41,708 bases of DNA from Synechococcus sp. UW140 (GTDB lineage: Bacteria; Cyanobacteriota; Cyanobacteriia; PCC-6307; Cyanobiaceae), in the NCBI GenBank assembly GCA_945878795.1, contig CAMDWF010000001.1, forward strand, positions 1 through 41,708. The letters run 5' to 3'. Under the pieces are notes generated by a model that had not been told where the DNA came from, made no database searches, and saw nothing but the letters and a program-made list of their open reading frames with translations. Shown one piece after another: positions 8,346 to 20,300 of this stretch. Both the position numbers and the translations under genes were made by a program. The number at the start of each line of letters is the position of its first letter. The first letter of the stretch is position 1.

Positions 8346-11300
8346 ATGGCCCTGTCTTACTCAACTCTGGTTGTAACCCTGGCTGGTCTCCAGCTCCAGA
8401 ACCTCCAGCAGGTCATTACAGCCCGGGGCATCGACAGGGTTCTTGTCGTAGACACGCCGTCCGGTTTTAGCAGTACCAGTGGGATTGCCGCTGTCAGCGC
8501 CGCCGCCAATTTGAGGTCGGCCCCATCTGGTCAGTTGAGCCAATCACAAGCGCCCGGCCTGTCCTTTGCCTTCGCCGGTGGCGAAAACTCAGTGACCCTG
8601 AGTGCTGCTGGCTATGGAGCGCTAGGCAAAGCCGGTTTTACGTTCGTTCAGGATCCTGGGCTGGACAGCTTCAGCAGCACAGTGGTGCTCAACGCTGCTT
8701 CCCTCGCCCAGGGATCGACCATTACCCAGACCAATGCCAGGGCCCTCTCGACTGAATTGCTCGCAGAGGGTGAGGCTGGGGTCAAAGAGCTAGCCAATTC
8801 AGCCCTCTTCAACGGCACGGCATCTGATCTGTATTTCAATCCTTCCGTCAGTCTGGCGAATAAGCCTGCCCTTTCCGTGGCAGGAGGGATAGCAGGCGCA
8901 GGGATCTTGTCTGATTTTGGCGGCAGCGTCAGGGTCAACGTGAACGCTTCCGAGTTTGCTTCCCTGGCCCAGGCCAAGGTTTCGACGCCTTCCCTGCCAA
9001 TCCAGGTGTCGGATCCAGCGAACCTGACCGTCGACGACGCCCCGGCTGCCCAAACCACAGCCAACGGCCTCAACACCTTGTTGAAGCCCCTGACGAACTC
9101 TTCGTATGTGCCTGGCAGCTCGGTGTTGCCGGCCAACTTGCTCACGGCAAGGGCCGCATCATTCCAAGTGGACACGCTCACCCTGGGCGGCACCTTTGAG
9201 GTGGGCGATGTAGTGAGCGCCGTGGTGAACAACACCACGGTTTCGGTCAACGCCGCCAGCACCACCCGTAGCGCCATCGCCAGTCAGCTTGTTGCGGAGA
9301 TCACAGCCAACAGCACGGTGGCAGCTGCGGTCACCGCCAGCACCAATGGTGACGTCGTCACCCTTACGGCCAAAGCAGCGGGAACACCGTTCACGGTTTC
9401 GTCGGCCACTGCAGCCAATCGTCCTTCTGTGGCCCAGGTGAGTGGTCTGACCCTCACCGGCACCTATGAGGTGGGCGATGTGGTGAGCGCCGTGGTGAAC
9501 GGCACCACGGTTTCGGTCAACGCCGCCAGCACGACCCTTAGCGCCATCGCCAGTCAGCTTGCTGCGGCGATCACAGCCAACAGCACGGTGGCAGCTGCGG
9601 TCACCGCTAGCACCAATGGTGATGTCGTCACCCTGACGGCTAAAGCAGCGGGAACACCGTTCACGGTTTCGGCCACGGCAGCCAACAAAGCGGGTGGCAC
9701 AGACACTACCCAGGCTGTTGCCGCTGCGACCTCCACTGCAAACGTGGTCGTGGGGTCTAACACCACCCAGGCTGTTGCCGCTGCGACCCCCACCGCCAAC
9801 GTGGTCGTGGGGTCTAACACCACCCAGGCTGTTGCCGCTGCTACCCCCACCGCCAACGTGGTCGTGGGGTCTGACACCACCCAGGCTATTGCGCGCAGTT
9901 CGGCTTCGCCCATCCTCAACACCATCGCGCTCACCCCAGCGCTACTGGATGCTCTGTTTGCCTCTAACCAACGGGCGGGCGACTGGGCACCTACTGGCGA
10001 CTCGAGCACCAATGACATTGGTAAATACGCCTTCGCCGGTGACGTGGAGCTCACCGTTTCTCAGTTCCGGGCCCTACCCCAAGAAGGCGCTGTCGCACCC
10101 AACTCTTCCATTCTCACCCTGAAAGGCACCTCCGCCGAGCTCACCCTGGTGCTCGAGGAGGCCCGTCTGCAGCGGACGGCAGCGGGGGCTAGCCGCCTGG
10201 ACTCGGTTAATCGAATCCTGATCACGGATGCCGCCCCGCTGGTGCTCAGTGCTGAGACCTTTGCTGCCCTGGATCAGGCCTCCTTGAGGACCAGTCTGGA
10301 TAACCAGGCGGGCATTACCAAGGTCGAGCGTCTCGTGAGCCCCGCCCAAGGAACCACCCCTGCAGTTTTTGCGGTTGCGGCAATCACCATCGCCGCCAAT
10401 GGCACAAGTGGTGGCACCGCCAATCTCACCAATTTGCAAACTCTTGGTATTACCCAGAGGGATAACCCATCTACCACCAACGCCAATGAGGCGGATCTCC
10501 TCAGCACAGCACTCCCGGGTACACCCGTTGGGGCCAACCTGATCAATCAGGTCAAGGAAATTGAGCTTCAGTTCAACCTCACCACATGGCTCACCACCCC
10601 TGCTGAAAAGGCCTCCATCCTGCGGTTGCAGGCAAGTCTGCCTTCAGGCACGAAGCTCACACTGAATCCTGACAACACCTCCGGACCTCTCAGTGCTAGC
10701 CAGGCTGGCGAGGTCATAGCGGCTTTCCCCCCTAATTCTGCCCTCCAGGTCAAGCCAAACTCGATCAATATTTCCGAATCCGTCGGCACCAGCCTCCAGG
10801 CTCTTTTTACGGCGAATGCCCTCGATTCCTCCCTGGGGGGACTCGTTGGCAGCGTCAGTGGCCCCGCTGGTTCTGTCACCCTCAATGGCAACCAGCTCAA
10901 TAGCGTCCTTTCCGGTGGCATACAGCCCCAGCAGCGCCTGTTCATTCTGAGAGACACGGCTGCAGGCATCGGAGCCTTCATTAAGACAGCCACTGATGGT
11001 TCTACAGCTGGAACCCAGCTCAGCTTGGCCGGTGTGCAATCGATAAGCCGCACCGATTCCGGTGCGCCCATTCCCGTCACAGTCCGTGAGTTTGAGTTCC
11101 TGCGTACCCAGCAGGCATCGGGCCTCACGTTGCCGAATAGCCTGCTGCAGATTGTTGATAGCAATGCAAATATTCAGAGCTTTATCGATACCGCATTCAA
11201 CGGATCCAGCCTGAGGTCCGGTTACAACCTCGCGGCGTTGGCTGGATTTACCACGGTTGCAAATGGAATCCCTGACGCAAGCCTTGTTGACATCAATACC

Positions 11301-14300
11301 CAGCAGTTGTTGGCGGTCAACGCCCAGCGGACTTCAGGCTTGAATTTTGCACCGGGCTCTTTCCGTCTTGTCGACACCAGCGCCAACCTGCAGGCTGCTG
11401 TTACGGCCCTGGCGGCGGGTTCCGCCACCAATGACCTCACCTTGGTCAAATCGTTGGCCACCGGCAGCGGCCGCACGGCCACTCCCTTCTTTGCCGCCCT
11501 TTCTGCGGCGCAGGTGGTCACCCTCAACACCTATCTGGCTGCCCAGCCGGCCAGTGCCACCAGCACCCAGATCCGACGAGTGCCTGCGGCCATCGTCAAC
11601 CTCAACGACACCGCCGCCAATATCAACAACCTGCTGATCAATGCCACTGACACCACCCCCCTGGAACTGGGCTTCCTCTGGCGGATCATCGGCAGCGAAA
11701 CTGGCGCCACAATTGAGTTGAGCTACAGCCAGTTCCAGGCTCTCAGGGGTACCAGCAACCTCACGAGCCTGAGCAAAGCCCTTGGCCTCACATCGATTGA
11801 GATTGTTGTTACGGGCTCTGGTGAAGAGTTGCAGCAGTTGTTTGCAACCTACGGCACTGATTTTTCCAATCTTGAAGCCAATATCAGTTTCCGCATCAGT
11901 GACGGCGCTGAAGTCAAACTCAATGCATCCCAACTCGACAAGTTGGATGGCCGCATTGAAGGTGCCGTCGTTGTTGCCGACACCAATGCAAACCTTGAAA
12001 AGGTCTTCGACAACGCCATCCCCACCAGTGTCAAGACCTTCCAGTTGTTGGATGGCTCCGGCAACATTGTTGATGTTGATAGGGATGGTTCCCTCGATGG
12101 CGACACGATCACCCTCACGGTGAACGGACTCGCTGGCCTGCCCGGCTATCTCGACGCCAATGTTGTGCTTCGAGACACCGACGAAAACATCGAGCGTCGT
12201 TTGCGCTCTGATCTTGATTACAGGGTCAGCCGCATCGAGGTGAGCGGTTCGGGGATCAATTCTGAAAGCGCTCTCAATTTGCGTATTGGCCAGCTCGAGC
12301 GGTTGCTCGACAACGGCGTTGAGATCGCCACTGGCGTTTCAATCATCCTCGATCCAAGGGACACCCTTGAAATCAATGCCCTCGCTGCCTCAGGTTTGCC
12401 GGCTGGTTTCCAGGGCAAGTTGGTGATCGCCGATGACGGCGACGCCTTGCGCTCCCTGTTTGATGGCATCTGGAATATTCCTGCTGGCGCCACCACCGTG
12501 CAGCTGCGCAGCCTTGATAATGCCCCGCTGCAGCTCAACGTGGCCCAGTTGGAGCAGCTGGTTGGCAGCTATCCAGCATTCAGTGGTGCGATTGAACTGA
12601 TTGATGGCAAGGTAGAGCTCGGTCAATACATCAATGGCAACCCCGCGCTCATTGATCCCCGCGTGGTCAGCATCAGTGTCGAAGGCTTCGAGCTTCCCGA
12701 TGGTGCTGGAGGACAGCGGCTACTGCTCACCGCCAGCCAACTGAGCGAACTTCAGGTAATTGAAGGTCAATTGGGCATCAAGCTATTTGAAGGCACCATC
12801 AATCTGGATCAAACCAGCTTCAGTGCGGCAACCCTTCTGCCCTCCGACTCACGCCTTGAACTCACCGCTGCCCAGGTGAACGCCAAGTTGCAGGCGCTCC
12901 TCAATTCGGTCAACGACCAAATTCGCCCCGATCTCGATGCCCTTAAGGCGTCGATTATTGCGGTTGATTCCAGCAACGACTCTCAGCCTGGCGGTGTTTC
13001 GGTCATTGAACGCCTCAACCAGCTGGCAGCCCAGGTCACCAAGCTCGACCGTGAGACGGTCACCGTCGCCGAGTTGCGGACCTTGCTCGCCGATCCCTCG
13101 GTGCCCGCCAACGACCGCTTCACCATTGCTGACACCAACGCAGCAATCCGCTCCCTGCTGTCAGGAGCAGCCGCCAATACCCTCGCCCTAACCCGGGTCA
13201 GCCGTCTGATTCCTACCCAGTCGGCGGATGCTGCCCTCACCCTCAGCATCAGCGAACTGGAGGTTCTGCTGCCTGGAGTGGTTGTTGAAAACCTGGTGGT
13301 GGCCGATAGCGCCTCCGAGATTCTCAGCAGATGGGATTCGACAACCAAGAGTTTTGACTTGGATCCCCGCGTTGATGCGGTTCGGGTTGCGTCGGCCGGC
13401 CTGCAGCCGGAAGCCCTCGAGCTCACCGTGGAGCAGTACCAGTCGATTAGTGGCCTGATGCCCGAGGGCCGGTTTGTCCTCACCGATAGCAGCAGCAACC
13501 TGCTCGCTCAACTCCGCGTTGCCCGAGATGAGCGGGTGGTGGCGATCGAGCCCACGGGCAGCGCTAACCAGCCCGGTGTGCTGAGCATCAGCAATGACGC
13601 CGACTTGGCTCTGCTGCCCGAGGTGATTGGCACGATTGCTTTGACCACCACCAGTGCCCGTTTGGCAGACCTGGTGCGCTCCAGCGAGTTCAACTTAAGC
13701 GAATTCAGCAGCCTGGCCAGCAGCGATGGCCAACTACTGAGCGTGGATGCCGAAACCCTGGCCCTGTTGCCCGGCAACCTCCACATTGTTGGAGGTCTGG
13801 TGTTGCGCGACTCGGCCGGAGATGTGGCCGAGGTTCTCAGCAATCCTTTGGATCGTCGCCTGGTTGGGATCGAATCCCGCAGCGGTGAACTGATTCTGTC
13901 GGTGCGCCAGCTACAGCAGCTCGAAACCCTTGAGAGCAACCTGGAGGTGACGCTGCGCGACGACTCCGATGCCATCACTGCTTACCTGGCGGCCGGATTG
14001 CCTTCTCTCGCCGTTCACACCATCAGTGTGTCCAATGGCGATCGCCTCAACCTCAGTTCCGATTCCTTTGCAAACCTGCTGGCAGCAGAAGGAATCGCTG
14101 CAAGCCGTCTCTATGCCGGCCAGATCCAGCTGTCTACCGCCAGCGAGCAGGTGGATTTTGTGCCCACCCAACTCGCCGACACTCGCGTCACGGGTCTGTC
14201 GGTGAGTGGCACCGATCAGCTTGTCCTCAAGGTGTCAGAACTGGAACGTTTGGGCACGGCCTTCGGCGGCAAAGTGATCCTCGAAGACAGCTTGGCTGCC

Positions 14301-17300
14301 ATTAAGGCCGCTCTGGCTTCTCCACTCGATTCCCGTGTGCAGGCCCTGCGGGCCGTTGATCTCCAGACCAATGGTTTGGTACCCATCATTCTGGATGCCA
14401 ACCAGTTGGCCAACGTGCCTTCCCCGCTGCAGAGCTCGATCACGGTGGTCGAATCGGTTGCAGGAATCAACCGGTTGCTGGGCTCTCCGCAAAACACCTC
14501 CTACCGGTTGCAGGTTCAGGATTCAGGCCTTGTGCTCTCAGCTGAACAGTTCCAGAACCTGGGAACAGTGCAGTTGGTGAAGCGTGATGGCAGTCCCGCC
14601 CAGATTATTTTGCGTGACACCGCCCAAGACATTGCTGGGCTCATCGATATCGTTCCCGGTGCTGTGCTGGATCCGCGCATCCTGCGCCTTGAACCCACCA
14701 ACAGCAATCGCCTCAGCCTGTCCCTGGCCCAGGTAGCGAACCTTCCCGCTAACCGCTTCTCTGGCAATTCAATTGTTGTCTCAGACAGTGTTGGCAATAT
14801 CCTCACCCAACTCACGTCCAATGCCCAGGGAGCTCCCAACCTGGATGCCCGCATCCAGGCCTTTGATCTGATCAACGGCACCCAGATCACCCTGAGTGCT
14901 TCCCAGTTCAAGTCGCTGCAGGCGGCGGAAGATCGCCTGGGCTATCAGTTGCTCTCCGGTCCATTCAAGCTCCAGGGTTTGGCTGGCGAAGAGCCTGCGA
15001 TCGCCGACATCCTCGATGACCAGGACAGCCGCGTCACGGTGGTATCGAGCCCTGACATCGACCAGCTCATCCTCAACAGCGCCCAGCTCCGCGAACTTGG
15101 TTCTGCCTTTAGCGGGAATGTCATTCTCCAGGACACCGCTATCGGCATTCTCGACGAACTGACCCGTAGTCTCGATTCCCGGGTTATTGACATTCGCACG
15201 ATTGGTGTCTCTGAGTTGAATTTGAAGGCCCGTCAGTTGTTGAATCTGCCGCAGGATTTCCAAGGCAAGGTGATTCTCGACGACAACCTCCCGAATATTC
15301 GCTCCTTCATTAACAAGCCCTTCAACCTGTCTGAAAAACTGACGCTCCAGCTGAGTGTGATGCAGTTGGCTGAGCTCACCAAGCAGTCTGTTGCTGAGTC
15401 GTTGCTCACGGGCAAAGGTGATCTGATTGTTACCGGCTTCGATAGCACCTCGTCTTCCACCACAGCGTTGGTGAATCTCCCACGCACCTTCAGTTCGATT
15501 GAGGTGGTGCTGGATAGTCCTCAGGGTGGAGTTCTCGAACTTGACAACACGAGCAATGCAAATACTCCCCTTCAAAACCTGGGTGCCCTGATAGACCCCC
15601 TGCGGCGGAATGCTCTGGTTGGCTCTGGCAGCACTGAGAAGCTCTACGCCAACGACAAGCTCACCATTAATCCCGGTGAATCGGTACGGATCAGCACCCA
15701 AAATCTGTTTGCCAAAAAACTAGAGACCCTGTTAGCAGGTGCATCTCCGAGCCAGTCTTCGAATCAACCGGTTGGCCAACTGATTCTCAGCGGATACACC
15801 GATCAGGATGTGTCCCAGCTCAATGGCACCTTGGGGATCACCGTTGAAGTTTATGCCGGCACGCCTGAGTCTCCCAGACTGATTGATTCCAGGTTGCTGC
15901 GCGGTGTCCAGGGCAACGGTGTTGACAGCATTGTGCTTGCAACGGGCGGTTCCTACGTCATCTCTTCGAACGATGCCGCCGAACTTCAGACCCTCTTGCC
16001 TGCGGCCCCGAGTGGTCAGCAACCCCAGGATGCAATCCTCAAAGTTACGGGTTATTTGGGTCAAGACTTCCGTCCCCTTGCAAGCCGCGTTGGGCGCATC
16101 GACATTCAGGTTGAGACCACCCAAGCCCTGAACCAGGCGCTACTTCCTGACCAGGCCAACCTTTGGATTTATCAGCAGGCCGAGCTCAGCGCCACTGATG
16201 CGGCCACACTGAAGAATCGTTTGCAAAATGCCAACGAGGGCATTAAAGATGCCGCTGCCGGCGTTGTGCGGGTGCTTGGTTACACCGGCCAGGACCTGAT
16301 TGCCCCATCCGGCTCGGATTTTGCAACCTCACTCAATGTTGTCGTTGAAGTTGCTGTTGCAGATCTCAGCTCCTCCATTAACCGCCTTGCCCAGGCCGAT
16401 CAGGTGGTGCTTGCACCGGCCAGCCAGCTGCGGCTGACACAGCAGCAGGCTGAAGAATTGGCTGGTCGCCTTGCAGCCGCTGGCTCTGGCGGCAGCCTGC
16501 GAGTGGTGGGTTACACGGGGGCCGATCTCAGTGCCATTGCTTCCGCCACAGCTGGGGCCACAACAGTCACCCTTGAACTCGCAAGCGGCCAGAATTGGGC
16601 CACCGAGTCCAGCAAATCCCCAGGCCAGCTCCAAATCTTTACCCAAGACGCCGATCTGATCGAACTGGCCAGTGGTTCAACCCTGACCCTCACGGCAGAT
16701 CAGGCAGCGGCGCTGAAAGGCAAGCTGACCGGTGCCGGCAGCCTGACGATTACGGGCTACAACGCCCAGGATCTGACGGTGCCAGCCAATGCCGGCTTCC
16801 TAGGCCTGAGCGTGACGGTGGAAACCACCGCCGGCAGTGACATCAGTGGTGGAGCGAATCTGCTGAAGGATGTTGATGTGGTGAAGGTTGGCGGCAATGA
16901 CGTGCTGACCATCACGGCCAGCCAGGCCGATGAACTGAAGACCAAGTTGCTTGGTGTTGCCCCAGTTCAGGGTGAAACCGCTGGCCAGGTGGTGGTGAAG
17001 AGCTATGCCGGCGGCGACCTCAGTGCGATTGCCGATCAAAGTGCCTCCAGTCTTGATGTGAAGCTGCAGATTGCCAGCGGCACGAGCTTCACTGCGGACG
17101 CAGGCTTTGTGACCCGGGTGAGCGATGCGGATGTGATCGAACTGGCCAGTGGTTCAACCCTGACCCTCACGGCAGATCAGGCAGCGGCGCTGAAAGGCAA
17201 GCTGACCGGTGCCGGCAGCCTGACGATTACGGGCTACAACGCCCAAGATCTCAGCAGCGGCGCGTCCACCTTGTCGGTGGCCGCCTTCCTCAATAGCAGT

Positions 17301-20300
17301 GTCGATCTCTCCGCTGTTACGGCCACCAATCCCCTGGGGCTGGCGTCTGATAGCAACGACACAGTCGTGATCGGTGCCAATGGCGCATTGATCATCAATG
17401 CCGCCCAGGCTGTGAGCCTGGCCGACAACCTGCTCCTTGCGGCTCCAGGCCAGAACTCTGGCAGTGTCACGATCAGGAACTACACCGGTCAAGACCTCTC
17501 GGCTATCCAGGATGCAGTGGCTCAAGGCCTCACGATCAATCTAGAAATTAGTAGCGCTGTTGATCTCCGTGCTGTAAATGCTGCCTCCTACCTGGCAGAT
17601 GTTGATCGCATCACGGTCGCCCCAGGCGGTGAGCTGGCCATCGATAACAGCAACTACGCCGCTATCACTGGCAAATTCCAAGGCGGCTCTCAGCAGGGTG
17701 TGTTGAACGTCGTCAATATTGACCCAACAGCAGGCTTGCAGGCTCTGAAAACAGCCTATCCGAATCTGACCATTGATGTAACGCTGAAAAATGGCACCCA
17801 GGCGTCACCGGCGAAAGAGTCGTTCTCTGGCGGTGCTGCGGATGCAAATCTCTCGGTTGTACGCAATATCTATGTTCCCCAGTATGCCGAACTAGGCCTC
17901 ACTTTTAGTGGCGCCGTTGTTGACCGTGCTGGCACCTTTAATGGTTCTGAGCCCGATTATCCGATGGAATTCATCAAGAAGGTTCCTGGACAAGAACCAG
18001 GTACGTTGAATGTTGTCATGTCCGATTATACGGCTGTGCAGGCTTCGGTTGCCTCTGCTGGCCTGCAGCAATTGCTGGCGTTCCAAGCCGCAGGCAATTA
18101 CACCCTTAAGATCGATCTTCCTGCCACTGTTAGCCTCACTCTTGATGCATCCGATGTCGATCTGTTTGACCAGAACTTGAGTGGAGCAGGGAGTCTTGTT
18201 GTTAATAGCTATGCCGGTCAGGACATTTCTCGTCTGGCGGCAACCCTCGCCAGCGTGACGATCAATGTGGCGAATGGAACCACCGCGGTACTTCCTTCTG
18301 CCTCGCGATTGCCTGTGATTACCAGTGGTCTGGTAACCCTGAATGTGGGCGCCAACGCCACCTTGGTCGTGGAGAGCGAACAGGCTGAGCCGCTGCGACT
18401 TTCCAATCAGCGTTTGGTTCTTAGCAACACCTCCACCTTGGCGATCCAAGCGGGCAGCCTCAATCGCTTCGGTGCAATTACGGCTCCAACCGGTTCAGTG
18501 GTTGAGTTGTTGAATTACACCGGCAGCAGCCAGGTGTTAACCAAGGCTTCCGACGCCACACTCCATGCCGTCATCGGACAGCCCGGCACCGCAGCCACGA
18601 TCACTCTTGATTCGATCGATTCGCTGATCGACAAACTCTCCGTATCCCAAGGCAGTACGCTCACGATCGGCAACACCGTTTCCGGTGCCGGAATTGACAT
18701 CGATGTAGTTCGCGGTCAGTTGTCTGCCACTGCCGCATTCCTCTCTGGCAAGAGCATCGACGGTGCTGATTCCCTCAAGGTTGATTTGGGCGAGTCCTTC
18801 GGGCAAATCACCGTTCGCGATTTGCAACGGACCACCAACCTCGCCCAAATAGACGGCGGTTACACCGTGCGCGCCGAGGTTTCAGCCGCTACGGCTACCG
18901 ATCCAGACTTTGCTTTTGATGCGGTTGGCTTCAATGCCATTGATCAATATCTGATCACCAGCGCTGGAACTGTTCTGGCCACAGCTGCCGAGCTGAACGG
19001 TAAGCAGGTTGCGCCGGCCACTGGCCTCGAAGCCAATGCGGTGACCTTCACCGTTGGCGCCTACACCAGCCAATCCCTGCAGGGGCTCGATTCTGGTTTG
19101 GTGGTGGATGTGACGACAGCGAATGGTGCAACGCTGGAAGCTGGCAAGTTGAGTAATGCCGACACCATCACGGTTGCAGGATCAACGTCATCGACGGTGA
19201 GTGCAGCGGATGCGGATACCTTTGGATCCAAGCTGAGGGGTGATGGCACACTGAATGTGATTGGATACACCGATCAATATCTCAGTGACATCACCACTGC
19301 CAAGATAGGTGTCACCACGGTTGATGGTGTAACTCTTGCAGCGAGCAAGTTGACGTCTGTTGATACGGTCACTGTCGTCGGAGTTAACAATGTTTCGGCG
19401 GCCGAGGCCCTTGCTTTTGCCCCCACATTTGGCGGCACTGGAACACTGCGCGTCACTGAGGCACTTGCCTCGGCTGAACAGCTCAAAGTGCTCAATACCA
19501 AAAGCACGGCGCTCATTAACGCCGCGAGCGTCACGTCGATCACCGGCGCTGCGGCTGATTTGGCTGCGATTTACACCGCAGCTTCAACTGAGATCTCAGG
19601 TCTCGACAATGAAGCTGTGACCCTCTCTACGGATCCGTCCACTGCAGAATTAAAGGCAATCAGTACCCGGAACAGTGGCACGATCACTTTCAGTGGGCCT
19701 TCTGGCTACGGCTTGGCGCTCCCCGGCTCTGCAGCTGATGTTGCGGCAGCCCTCTCTGGAACCTTCGCTGCTCCCTTTACCGGTTCCGTAACGATCACAG
19801 ACTCGACGGTTGCGACGATTGCTGAGCTGAAGGCGATCAACAGCAAAACAGCTGGAGTTATCACGCTGAACGCTGAATCGATTGCGGCCAGCTGGGTTGA
19901 TACCGCCTCGAACTTGCTCGTTGCACTTGAGGGCCTCACTTCTTTGACTGGATTGATTGCGGTATCGGCGTTGCCCGCAGGAGCCGCTGGTGTGGGTGCG
20001 TTGAACACAATCGCTGGCACTACCAATGGTTTGGTGACAGCGTCTGTGAGTGGCAGTGCAGCTCAGCTTGCACTGCTGACGACAACGGCGACGGACCTGA
20101 TTGCGGTAACGATCACAGACTCGACGGTTGCAACGGTTGAACAGCTGAAGACGATCAACGGCAAGACAGCTGGGATTATCACTCTGAATGCTGCATCGAT
20201 CGGCAATGCCTGGAGTGATACGGCAGCGAATCTGAACGAAGCGTTTGCAGGGATCACGAGCGTGACCGGAACGATCACGGCGACGGCAGTTCCTGAAGGA

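Noticed and set aside
9703-9892. Regular repeats suggestive of CRISPR
   Set aside because: In-frame 57-bp coding tandem repeat with no spacers
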